Below, piece by piece: positions 50,801 through 62,269 of a DNA stretch of 63,940 nucleotides. The translations under genes and the position numbers were made by a program. This stretch comes from Octopus bimaculoides (taxonomy: Eukaryota). The DNA is taken from the NCBI RefSeq assembly GCF_001194135.2, contig NC_068989.1, positions 5,299,159-5,363,098 of the forward strand. The letters run 5' to 3'. Every line of letters begins with the position of its first letter. Positions within the stretch are counted from its first letter, which is position 1. Under the pieces are notes generated by a model. It searched no databases. It was not told the DNA's origin and saw nothing but the letters and a program-made list of their open reading frames with translations.

Positions 50801-53372
50801 CAGTCTGGGAATTGAAACCATGATCTTGCGATCATAACTGGGTTCTAATCACTAGGCTACACATCTTCACATGATACCAAAAACAGTTCCTGAAATTAAA
50901 TCGTTTATATGAGTATAAATGAGAAGGTGTGTGGCTCAGGGGTTAGAGCACTGGGCTTACAATCATGAGGTAGTGAGTTCAATTCCTTGACCAGGCTGTG
51001 TGTTGTGTCCTTGAGCAAGACACTTTATTTCACATTGCCCCAGTTCACTCAGCTGTAGAGATGAGATGTGACATCACTGGTGCCAAGCTGTATTGGCCCC
51101 TTTGTTTTTCCCTTGAATAACATCGGTGGGGTAGAGAGGGGAGACTGGTATGCATGGGCGACTGCTGGTCTTCCATGAACAACCTTGCCTGGACTTGTGC
51201 CTCAGAGGGGAGCTTTCCAGGTGCAATCCCATGGTCAGCCATGACCGAAGAGGGGTGGGGGTGGGGTCTTTATATTTATGAGTATAAATCAGAAGAAAAA
51301 ATATGGTAGGTAGGTAGGATGGAGCTGGGGTCATACCAGATTAGTGGTCCCAGAGGCATCCTCATGTGTTGAGCCAACCAGTGCTCTCCATTGCTGGCAG
51401 TCCCATGTCAGTCCCTCTACATCTTCCAAGGTGATGTTGAGCCCCTGGAGAATTTCCCCAACCATGTCCAGCCATTTGGTGTGGGGCCTGTCATGAGACC
51501 TCTTCCAGCCCACAGCTGTTATATTAAATTTAAATGAGAGTAAAGCCCTGGCAGGATGATCTAGTGAGTGACGGAGGAAATGGCCGTACTAGCGTATGCA
51601 ATGGACAGCTATGAGGCGGGAAGCTGTGGGCTGATCCATGCTCGCATGCAGTTCTTTACTAGAAATGTGATGGTAGCATCCAATGTTCTTGGTGGTTTTC
51701 AGGGCTCTGCTATTGAAAGTGTTGATCCTCTTAGCAAGGGTCTTCAATGGGGGCCACATTTCTGCTCCATAGAGGAGAATGGAGGAAAACTACAAACAAA
51801 GGATATGTATATTAGCATGCAGTAAGAAGGGTTTCACACCAAACCCAATTACTAGTCTATATTTTCTTCCCACTCCGACCACACCAGGCCTGGCCAACTC
51901 GAATTACATTGCGGGCCACTTTAATCACAGAAATTCTTTTGAGCGCCACTTGTATACTTTATGCACTAACAGTCAAAAGGTGGAGGTGCAATGACCCAGT
52001 GGTTAGGGCAGAAGAGTCGCGGTCATAAGATCATGGTTTCAATTCCCAGACTGGGCGTTGTGAGTGTTTATTGAGTGAAAACACCTAAAGCTCCAAAAGG
52101 CTCCAGTAGGGGGTGGTGGTGAACCCTGCTGTACTCTTTCACCACAACTTTCACTTACTCTTTCTTCCTGTTTCTGTTGTACCTGTATTTTAAAGGGGCC
52201 AGCCTTGTCACACTCTGTGACATGCTGAATCTCCCCGAGAACTACGTTAAGGGTACACGTGTCTGTGGATACTGCTCCCCTTCATCTGATAAGCTATAAA
52301 AAAAATTAGGGATGGAAAAACAGATAGAGAGAGAGAGAGGGAGGAAGAGAAAGAGAGTGATGGAGAGAAATTAGAAGAATGTTAGGGAGTAAAGATAGCA
52401 ACAATGTGAAGGGAAGAGAAAGAGAGAATGGAAAATGCAATGAAAGGGAGCAAGAAGGATAAAAGGGAGGAAATAAAGAAAGAGTGGAAACACCCTTACC
52501 AATTATTGTGTCTAAATACTTTATTAGGATCAGTGAGAGGCCTAGCCCCACCCCTGGGACGTTGCTGAGATGTAGAGCGTGATGAGCAATGCAAAATTTG
52601 TGGGACAGAGCGGTATATATGATACTGAAAGGACATCACGTGTCGATTCAGTAGGCTGAGTGTAACTCCAGAGACAGAACGAGATGCCATTTCTTCTGAA
52701 ATATACAGATAAAAGACTTTTGTTGTTAGAATTAAATGGAAGTATAGAATGAAGGGATCCTATTGTCAAACAATGCTAATCCTATTTGGGAAGTCTGCTT
52801 AAGATAGACGAGGCGGCCCCTGTTTGTGGCTGTGGCCAGTTTTACCCGACATACAGTTTCCCCAATATCAACAGTGACAGTGTCAACAGGGAATGGCTGA
52901 TTTGGTCCATATCATGGGCTGCAGTGAAAATAAATGTTCTGAAAACCAATATCAAACAATTATAATAATCTAAAATCTTTGCCCCTGCATCTGTATCATC
53001 ATCATCGTCATCATGATCACCATCAGCGCCGCCGCCGCCGCCACCACCACCACCACTTTTCATGCTTGCATGAGGTGGATTTTCTACATCGACTAAAGAA
53101 TTCTTCAAGGCGGTGCCCCAGCATGGCTGCAGTCTAATGACTGAAATAAGTAAAAAGATAATATATATATATATATATACATACATATATATATATGAAG
53201 TGAGTTATAGAGCTTGTTGAACCATGTCAAATCGTCCAACCCATGTCAGCATGGAAAACAGACGTTAAATGATGATCTTTTACCATTTACGATTTGCACG
53301 TGTACCTCGATGTTTTGCAGTGAATCGGAAAATACGAAGATGTTTAGAAAATCTTCGGTTTTCTCTTTTACA

Positions 53373-53418
<46 letters not shown>

Positions 53419-54834
53419 AACTCATCGGCCGTTGGTCGTAGAAACACTGTCTGAAAGGAATAATGGATGTTACAACAGGAATGACTGTGATTGCAAGTCC
53501 GCTCGACCACAGTCGATCTCCCGGGACTCGAAAATCCTGTATTTACAAAAGCAACGTTCGGTTTATTAAGATTCTCATAAGCTTTTCACGATAAAATTTT
53601 TTTTTATGTATGTTTATCGATAATATTGATTTTTAACATCGGTACAAGGTCACAACTATCGGGGATGGTGCGATTGATTATATCAATCCCAGAACTTGAC
53701 TGCTGCTGAATTTTATTGACCCTGGAAGGATGAAAACTAAAAGTTGATTCCGGCAAGATTTGAACTCAGAACGTTAAGATACACAATTACATAGTGCAAG
53801 CGATGTTATCAGTCACTCAACCGATCCTTCCAGTCCAACCGAGCCGTAATATCAAGAATGTCTGATGAAATTCTGATTGCAGTCAAATAACTATTTTCGG
53901 TAGATTGTCGTTTAATGGATTCAACTCGAATCGAGCCAACGACAAAGCCTTTACATGGCCACTCATCTTGTTAGAAATAGCAGCCAAATCTCCCCCAAAT
54001 TTTTAGTCTTAGAAAAGGCACGTTGCATAATATGATCCTGGGTTCCCGGTATTCAGGGAAAAGACAGGATGGTCACGGCACAAGATGAATGCCTTTGATT
54101 ATGCGTCTACCAGACCAGAACTCATCTGCAGTTAAACAAAAATAGCAACTACCGTATTTTACGGTATAAAAAGACGCAGCTGCATATCAGGTACACATCG
54201 ATCTCAGCAGTGCATATTCAGGACAGAAGTTTTTTGTCCATTAAAGATCATGGGAGACCGGGACATTATTTGTTTTTTGAAAAAAGTACGTCCATCAAAT
54301 ACGACAGTTACAATGTGCCTTTCACGCACGTGTGTTGATCTGAGTTACTGGGAGACAAAATCCCGCCGACGGAATAAATGTGAAGATATTTTTAGAATTA
54401 TTATAAACAATTTCATGAAATAAATGGAATTACTGAAGATTTTTCAGATAACGTAGTTTTATTTTTAGCATAATCATTTCATCCTAGTTCAACTCGAATT
54501 GGTATTATTTATCTATAATCAAAAGTGTTACTGTTATAAACTTGGCATCTTTAGATATATACACGATTTTATGTCCAACGTGTCGTGTTTTTTTTTAACA
54601 GTAGGCTGTGATTTGAAAGAGGTTAGCTGTTATTTTTAGTAGAGATTTACGTTGAGGTTTCCTGGTTGGCGCGTTACCAGATCAATATTGTTGTTCAATC
54701 AGCTCAACAGATTTCTGATCGAAGGTATTAAGCCGTGGCTATCCCGTATTTCTTTTTCATTTTTTTTTCTAGACGTAGTGTACCTTGGACGGCATTATTA
54801 AATGTGTCCTGCAATTTTTAGTGAGGTAGAATTT

Positions 54835-54872
<38 letters not shown>

Positions 54873-55383
54873 GCTATTTTTAGCAGATCGAGTGACTATG
54901 TAGGGGCTCCCACGTTGGCTCGTTAGTAAATTAATGCAGCTGACAGTGGCGGTGGTGGTGGTGATGATGATCTTGTCGAAGCTTTGGTTGTGGGTCGATT
55001 ATGATAATTGTAGTAATGATAATAGCATAAGCACGAAGACGACTATGTTGATGATGATAGTGATGATGACGTTGACGAGGAGAAGAAAGAGGATATTGGT
55101 GCTGATAATGAGGGAGGGAGGGAAAATACTGTTCGGTGTCATTAAAGAGATGAGGAATTCCAAGAGCGAGAGGAATCGAATCGAATCGAAGCTCCATATT
55201 GCCTGTCAATGCTTAAACAGAAGACTGTGAAGAGAGAAGGCAAAGCAACGACGTTACTACTCACCAAGCGTTGTGCTGGAACACGTTACTGGAATCTGTT
55301 AAATGGCGATTACCGAAAGCAGACCGTTTCTGAGAAGCATCGTTGCTGGAATTGGAACAAGTTCCTTCTGCAACATCAGACAT
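42677..55383 (-). CDS. METTL2: tRNA N3-methylcytidine (m3C32) methyltransferase, METTL2/METTL8/Trm140 family; 9 coding exons, 1200 nt incl. stop, 399 aa (exon 1a isoform)
   Basis: Exons 55383-55265, 50267-50176, 49484-49069, 48463-48414, 46853-46793, 46434-46295, 45290-45184, 44268-44203 and 42825-42677 all have GT/AG junctions and join in frame. Family motifs: [37 protein letters not shown] (SAM motif I), [60 protein letters not shown]. Confidence 0.97.
44203..44268 (-). CDS. METTL2: METTL2 exon 8 (66 nt): (G)[21 protein letters not shown](D)
   Basis: taccacccacag|GT ... CAA G|gtaagt. Confidence 0.97.
45184..45290 (-). CDS. METTL2: METTL2 exon 7 (107 nt): [35 protein letters not shown](G)
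   Basis: ctccctacag|G ... AAA G|gtaagc. Confidence 0.97.
45390..45545. repeat. Interspersed repeat family E (catcatcat..TTTAACATC..TTTCCATGCTGGCATGGGTT..TTTCTACAGCTGGATGCCCTTCCTAA)
   Basis: Copies near 43735, 45830 (reversed), 45980, 47630, 47870, 48060 and 53215 (reversed). Confidence 0.75.
46295..46434 (-). CDS. METTL2: METTL2 exon 6 (140 nt): [46 protein letters not shown](K)
   Basis: cccacttcaacag|GAA ... AAC AA|gtaaga. Confidence 0.96.
46793..46853 (-). CDS. METTL2: METTL2 exon 5 (61 nt): (N)[20 protein letters not shown]
   Basis: ctgttaatttcag|T ... GTC AAG|gtaaga; CCDFS motif. Confidence 0.96.
48414..48463 (-). CDS. METTL2: METTL2 exon 4 (50 nt): [16 protein letters not shown]
   Basis: ctttttgtgtcag|GTT ... 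AAC AA|gtaagt; SAM-binding glycine motif. Confidence 0.96.
49069..49484 (-). CDS. METTL2: METTL2 exon 3 (416 nt): [35 protein letters not shown], acidic linker, [11 protein letters not shown]
   Basis: ttttttaatcag|TT ... TTC GAA|gtaagg; open across 138 codons; conserved [15 protein letters not shown]. Confidence 0.96.
50176..50267 (-). CDS. METTL2: METTL2 exon 2 (92 nt): (W)[30 protein letters not shown](V)
   Basis: ctcttccatccag|G ... CAA G|gtgaga; phases 2 and 1. Confidence 0.95.
50921..51276 (+). mobile_element. SINE (head C2 + tail Y) with a 13-bp target-site duplication
   Basis: TATGAGTATAAAT at 50908-50920 and 51277-51289; related copies at 31088-31395 and, tail only, 44330-44500. Confidence 0.85.
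51331..51790 (-). mobile_element. Degenerate RTE-like LINE remnant in METTL2 intron 1
   Basis: [26 protein letters not shown]...[15 protein letters not shown] followed by [17 protein letters not shown]...[14 protein letters not shown]. Confidence 0.8.
51980..52269 (+). mobile_element. SINE family C copy in METTL2 intron 1, CpG-decayed
   Basis: Collinear with 41750-42040 with many CG to TG/CA changes. Confidence 0.85.
52500..52695 (-). CDS. METTL2: Alternative first coding exon 1b with putative mitochondrial targeting presequence: [63 protein letters not shown](W); would give a 423-aa isoform
   Basis: Acceptor ttttatctgtatatttcag|AAGAA ATG (ATG at 52690); donor AAT TG|gtaagg in the same phase 2 as exon 1a. 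The last ~20 codons are paralogous to exon 1a (LTDxxxVFxHNxW). No Asp/Glu in the first 53 residues; 7 Arg in the first 50. Confidence 0.85.
55265..55383 (-). CDS. METTL2: METTL2 coding exon 1a (119 nt): [39 protein letters not shown](W)
   Basis: ATG at 55383; ends GCT TG|gtgagt, phase 2; joins exon 2 to give HNAW-DNV. Confidence 0.93.
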
Positions 55384-56944
55384 TTTTAGAATAATCCATT
55401 CATTATTGCAGGAGAGGCTGACAAGGGAGATTACTCTATTTTACCATTTTTATGAATAGCCAATGAGGATGTCTCTACATGGTCGATCGACCTGCTAGAA
55501 ATAGCGGCAAATCTCACACAAAAAAGCACCCACGGTCTTCAAAACGGAAGTGAACATTGGATTACGAACTTATATATACACTATAACTAAAAATACACGA
55601 TGAGATGGTCACTGTTGAAATATGTTTGGTTATAAATCTGCTCAATCAGAGTTTACCTGAGGCTAAACAGAAACAAGTCTTTTTTAATTTTCATTAATTC
55701 AGTAATGAATACAAAACAATGGAACCTTCACGTAGTCATCTGAACTGCCAGAAACAGCAGCCGAATCACCCTCAAGTCACACCCTACTGTCTAAAACAGG
55801 ATACACTATATAATGTAAAGGGTTTCTTATTTAAAAAAAAGTCTAGTATCAATTCTATCGATATCTTTCGCCGAACCACTATGTCACGGGGACATAAACA
55901 AACTAACATCGATTGTCAAGTGGTGGAGGGAGGGAGAACCATAACCACACGCACACATATTTATACGAGGAGCTTCTATACAGTTTCCGTCTACGAAATT
56001 CAGTCATAAAGCATTGGTCGGCTCGTGGTGATGGTAAAAAACACTTGCTCAAGGTACCGCCCAATGGATCTTTTACTCACAGTAAGCCACATGCTAAGAT
56101 TGAATCTATTGCCACCAGTATGTGAAAACAATTATTGGCAAAATCCATGGAGGTTAACATTTTTTTGGCATCCTCGCCAGTTGCTGCGAGGACGATTTTC
56201 GCCCGCCTCCGATATATGTATATTGTGTTTTTAAACGCAGCACGTCCATAACATGCATTATCTTCGGACGAATACGGCAGTAAATTTATTGTCCGCGATT
56301 TATTTACATTACGTATGATACCCAGATGGCTATTTTAATCTAATACTGCTCCTGTTGCATATAAAAGATTATTATTATAGCATAGGCTAAAGTGGCGAGC
56401 TGGCAGAGTCGTTAGCACGCCGGACAGAATGTTAAGCGGTATTTCGCCCGCCTTTACGTTCTGAGTTCAAATTTCACTGAGGGAGATTTAGGCTTTCATT
56501 CTTACGGTGGTTAATAAAACAAGTAACTTTTCTCCCCCACTCCTGCAAAATTATTACTTGCTTTCTCATGAAACCAAAGCTGTTCCTTTTTTTGGATCAT
56601 TTCCTCCCAAAATCCTGATTGGAATATTCCTCACATCGGGGAATTTTTTAAGATCTGTTTTTTTTTAACTGTTTTATTTTTGCACTTTCATTATAAACAC
56701 ATGACGGACAAAAAGTTGTATCAAAGCTAGAGTGTGTACCGGCCGACACAGCCCTTGAGTTTATCGTGCCCAGACCCCCTACACAGGCTTATATTGCAGA
56801 TTTTAAAGTGCTGCCCTATAGAATCGTCGCTCAAGGAGAACCGCCCCATCGCTTTCCCACCCAACTTGTTACGCTACGTCTTTTACAAACAGAAAAAAAA
56901 TCATTAAACACATTTCTCAACAAACAGCAAAAGAACTATATTCC

Positions 56945-57215
56945 TTTGTTCAACGATTATTCAGCACTGTTCTCGATTCTGGACTGTCTTTTCTACTTCT
57001 TACCAGTTGGATCCCTGCCGTTTTAGCTCTGTCTCTGTATCCTGCCCCCAGCTATTTTTAGGGCGTCTTCTCTTCCACCTCTCTTGCGGGTTCATAGGTT
57101 TCCATGAAGGAAGGCCTTCCACGGCCGAGGGTTTTTGGTTTCAAACAAGGCTCAGACTGTCGATACTTTTGTGTGGAACGGTGTGACGGGAATAGTCTGA
57201 TCCTAATTACTGAAA
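56945..57215 (-). mobile_element. Degenerate RTE-like LINE 3' remnant upstream of METTL2
   Basis: NPQERWKRRRPKNSWGQDTETELKRQGSNW*EVEKTVQNR resembles the WNPQGKRKRGRP..W..AQNR..W pattern. Confidence 0.7.
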
Positions 57216-58200
57216 GAGAATGAGAAAAAGGTTCAGTAATTCATTCAGATGAGTGGCCCCGCTTATAATAATTTAAATGCCATAGGTTATCACCATCTGA
57301 CAGTGAACCACCGACGAGATTATGCGGATCCAGTGACTGGAGCACACACTCAGGCCTTTGAGTGATCATGGTTAGATGCTAAAACTATGATTCTGAAAAN
57401 NNNNNNNNNNNNNNNNNNNNNNNNNNNNNNNNNNNNNNNNNNNNNNNNNNNNNNNNNNNNNNNNNNNNNNNNNNNNNNNNNAAAAAAAAAAAGCAATATA
57501 AAAACTTGAAGATTGTGCTCCAGCATGGTCGCAATCCAATGATTGAAACAAATAAAAGTTAAAAGATATCCAGAAGGTGGGAGCTGGAAAGAGAAACATT
57601 CCCTTTCAATGTCTTAACTCCAAAATATTCTGAAAGTCTAATTCCGGAATTATAACATTATTGCTGAGTCGCTGGTTCCATAATTATCACAATTCTGGGA
57701 GGATCTGCAAAGGAGGGGGTCATGGACGTTACACTCACAAATCGAATAATTTCCTACAAAAAAAAAAGTTCTGGGGCCGATTTTGACTAAAACGTTCTTC
57801 AAGGTGATGTCCCGTATTTACGACAAACACAAAACAAAGGATATGCAAGGGAAATAACTCTTATTGACTTGACCTTAACACTTTCAAGGGACACAATTCA
57901 TATAGCATAACACATTTTGTCCTTTTCGAGCCGACATTCTTTGTTACTTTTCTTTCGCTACATTTCAAACATTATCGAACAGAATTAAGTTTTCCAGCAG
58001 CGATGGTCTCTTATTTTTAGAGATTTCTTGAATTCCTTAACTACTATGTTTCTTATATCTTCAAAATTACGGTGTGAGTGATGTTCGGGTGCGAGTCAAA
58101 CGACGGGTTAGAAGTTTTGTTTTGTGCATCTTGGTAACAGATGAGCCGCAAAGCAGGACCAATGATCAATGTGCGTATGTGCGCATGTATGAGTGAGAGA

Positions 58201-58283
<83 letters not shown>

Positions 58284-59848
58284 NNNNNNNNNNNNNNNNN
58301 NNNNNNNNNNNNNNNNNNNNNNNNNNNNNNNNNNNNNNNNNNNNNNNNNNNNNNNNNNNNNNNNNNNNNNNNNNNNNNNNNNNNNNNNNNNNNNNNNNNN
58401 NNNNNNNNNNNNNNNNNNNNNNNNNNNNNNNNNNNNNNNNNNNNNNNNNNNNNNNNNNNNNNNNNNNNNNNNNNNNNNNNNNNNNNNNNNNNNNNNNNNN
58501 NNNNNNNNNNNNNNNNNNNNNNNNNNNNNNNNNNNNNNNNNNNNNNNNNNNNNNNNNNNNNNNNNNNNNNNNNNNNNNNNNNNNNNNNNNNNNNNNNNNN
58601 NNNNNNNNNNNNNNNNACTTAGCAGTTCGGCAAAAGACAACGATAGAATAAGTAATAGGCTTACAAAATATAAGTCCTGGGGTCGATTTGTTCGACTAAA
58701 GGCGGTGCTCCAGCATGGCCGCAGTCAAAATGACTGAAACAAGTAAAAGAAAGAAAAGAAAGAGGGAGTGAGATAAAGAGAGACATGCAGGAATGGAATA
58801 TAACCACATATATAAATAAATAAATTATCGTGCATATAAGGACAATCATTCACATACTCATTTTATAAAGTAAAGTATAAATGGATTTCCGTCAGTTTCG
58901 ATGATGAGCATTCGAGTTGTTCGACCGGCTGGATTGACCACTGATAATTGGCTGGATATTCTATAGGCCACATTTATCTTTACCGTTAATACTTAGGCAG
59001 AATCAACATGAGACAGTAAGAGTTCGGCCGGTCCTTTGTATTCTAATCCATCCATCGTCTCTCACTAGGAATTCCAAGAAGCCAGGAGACAAGCAAAAGG
59101 CAAGGCATCAGAGCCGGTAGAGCAGCAGGTTTTATATGCGAGATAGTCTTCGCTTAGAGGGATGCCGTGACAAAGACCTGAGTTCCCCTCATGCTTAATG
59201 GGATTGCTGCACCCTCAGACACCAACCCAAATATTTCTACATCTCGGCGCATACCTGCCAGGAAAACATACATACATACATACATACGTACATACATACA
59301 TACATACATACATACATACATACATACATGCATGCATGCATGCATGCATGAATACATACAGACACACATACATACGTACACACACACACTTATACATATA
59401 TACATACATAAATACACATACACACATACTTACACATATACATATATGCACGCATACACACACATACATAAATACACATATGTACATATATGCATACAAA
59501 CACATACCTATATATACACTTCTATCAGAAGAATTTTTATTCATTAAGATAGAAGAAATACACATAATTATATATATATATATATNNNNNNNNNNNNNNN
59601 NNNNNNNNNNNNNNNNNNNNNNNNNNNNNNNNNNNNNNNNNNNNNNNNNNNNNNNNNNNNNNNNNNNNNNNNNNNNNNNNNNNNNNNNNNNNNNNNNNNN
59701 NNNNNNNNNNNNNNNNNNNNNNNNNNNNNNNNNNNNNNNNNNNNNNNNNNNNNNNNNNNNNNNNNNNNNNNNNNNNNNNNNNNNNNNNNNNNNNNNNNNN
59801 NNNNNNNNNNNNNNNNNNNNNNNNNNNNNNNNNNNNNNNNNNNNNNNN

Positions 59849-59907
<59 letters not shown>

Positions 59908-60435
59908 TTCATTATATACAAGTATTTGTTGTACGGATATTTTGTGGCAGCACTTATCGCCGGATTGGTTCATTATCTTTAGTCGAGTTTTGTTTTAACA
60001 AAAAGAAACATTATGTTTCTTTTAAAATTTCTTTGCTTAAAATAAGAAGAGTTGTATTCGTAGAGATCTATTTCTGCTTATTATGAACAGTGAAATATAT
60101 TTACGTATCCAGAGACGAAACATCCGGTCACATTATGATCCAATTTAACAGCTATAACTTCTACTTAAGAATGAAAAACAAACATCATGACTCAAACAAC
60201 GTTCACGACGACCGCCACTGCTTACGTTAATGCGATTTCTATCACTGGCTCCGTCAGTAAGACCATTAACGGCAACAGCATTGACATCAGTACACCCACA
60301 GCGATGAAGGGTATAGCCACACCTAAAGGCATAAATGTGTGTATGTGTGTGTGCTTTCATAGAAACAGCAATATAATAATAGTTCCCTAGCAAAAACTTG
60401 TCTTTCACACAAAAATGGTGTCTTTTTACATTCTT

Positions 60436-60839
60436 AGGCGTAGGAGTGGCAGTGTGGTAAGTAGCTTGCTTACGAACCACAAGGTTCCGGGTTCAGTCCA
60501 ACTGCTTGGCACCTTGGGCAAGTGTCTTCTACTATAGCCTCGGGCTGACCAAAGCCTTGTGAGTGGATTTGCTAGATAGAAACTGAAAGAAGCCCGTCGT
60601 ATATTTGTATGTATATATGTATGTGTGTGTATATGTTTGTGTGTCTGTGTTTGTTCCCAACAACATCGCTTGACAGCCGATGTTGGTGTGTTTACGTCCC
60701 CGTAACTTAGCGCTTCGGCATAATAGACCGATAGAATAAGTACTAGGCTTACAAAGAATAAGTCCCGGGGTCGATTTGCTCGACTAAAGCCGGGGCTCCA
60801 GCATGGCCGCAGTAAAATGACTGAAACAAGTAAAAGAGA
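60436..60839 (+). mobile_element. Full-length tRNA-derived SINE, family A (has an internal TA/TG microsatellite)
   Basis: Head aggcgtaggagtggcagtgtggtaag..ggttccgggttcagtcc (A/B-box-like); tail GCATGGCCGCAGT..TGACTGAAACAAGTAAAAGA. More than 15 whole or partial copies in the window. Confidence 0.85.
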
Positions 60840-61037
60840 ATACACGCACGCGCACACACATAATACATACACTCATATATACATGCATGCATACATACAA
60901 AAGTATGTACTTATACACACACATACATCCATACATGTACTGATGCATACATACGTACGCACATTGATTCTTAAATACACAAACGATAGCCATACGACCA
61001 AATACACACACACACACGCACGCTCATACACACACAC

Positions 61038-61076
<39 letters not shown>

Positions 61077-62269
61077 TTGGTTAAAAAGCATTTATGAAGC
61101 AGATGTTTTTCTAAAGATTAATTTTCTTGAAAATTATTTTCGTAGTTGTTGTTGTTGTTGGTGGTGATGGTGTTGGTGGAGGCTTGCTGTTNNNNNNNNN
61201 NNNNNNNNNNNNNNNNNNNNNNNNNNNNNNNNNNNNNNNNNNNNNNNNNNNNNNNNNNNNNNNNNNNNNNNNNNNNNNNNNNNNNNNNNNNNNNNNNNNN
61301 NNNNNNNNNNNNNNNNNNNNNNNNNNNNNNNNNNNNNNNNNNNNNNNNNNNNNNNNNNNNNNNNNNNNNNNNNNNNNNNNNNNNNNNNNNNNNNNNNNNN
61401 NNNNNNNNNNNNNNNNNNNNNNNNNNNNNNNNNNNNNNNNNNNNNNNNNNNNNNNNNNNNNNNNNNNNNNNNNNNNNNNNNNNNNNNNNNNNNNNNNNNN
61501 NNNNNNNNNNNNNNNNNNNNNNNNNNNNNNNNNNNNNNNNNNNNNNNNNNNNNNNNNNNNNNNNNNNNNNNNNNNNNNNNNNNNNNNNNNNNNNNNNNNN
61601 NNNNNNNNNNNNNNNNNNNNNNNNNNNNNNNNNNNNNNNNNNNNNNNNNNNNNNNNNNNNNNNNNNNNNNNNNNNNNNNNNNNNNNNNNNNNNNNNNNNN
61701 NNNNNNNNNNNNNNNNNNNNNNNNNNNNNNNNNNNNNNNNNNNNNNNNNNNNNNNNNNNNNNNNNNNNNNNNNNNNNNNNNNNNNNNNNNNNNNNNNNNN
61801 NNNNNNNNNNNNNNNNNNNNNNNNNNNNNNNNNNNNNNNNNNNNNNNNNNNNNNNNNNNNNNNNNNNNNNNNNNNNNNNNNNNNNNNNNNNNNNNNNNNN
61901 NNNNNNNNNNNNNNNNNNNNNNNNNNNNNNNNNNNNNNNNNNNNNNNNNNNNNNNNNNNNNNNNNNNGCACCAGCTGAATACCGGGTTCAATATAATCGA
62001 TTTACCTCCACCCTAAAATTGCTGGCCTTGTGCCAAATTTTGAAACCACTATCCAAGTCTGAATTTTATGTGCATAAGGAAATTTCCGTCGAGAATGCAT
62101 CTCTACCAAGGAAAGCATTGAATCTTTAAATTTACATATTAATTAGTATGTGTAATAATCATTGGATTCATAAGGCCGGTTACGCGGTTTCCATGGAAAG
62201 TAAGCGACCGAAATCACAATATTCTCTCTGGAATGAACGCCGGCCCTTATACATGTATATCATATATAT

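Noticed and set aside
52579-52659. Box C (GTGATGA) and box D (CTGA) snoRNA-like motifs
   Set aside because: They lie antisense to the host gene, lack a terminal stem, and the opposite strand is exon 1b.
59060-59260. Exon-like unique segment upstream of METTL2
   Set aside because: All plus frames stop within about 30 codons, the donor is weak and no motif is recognised.
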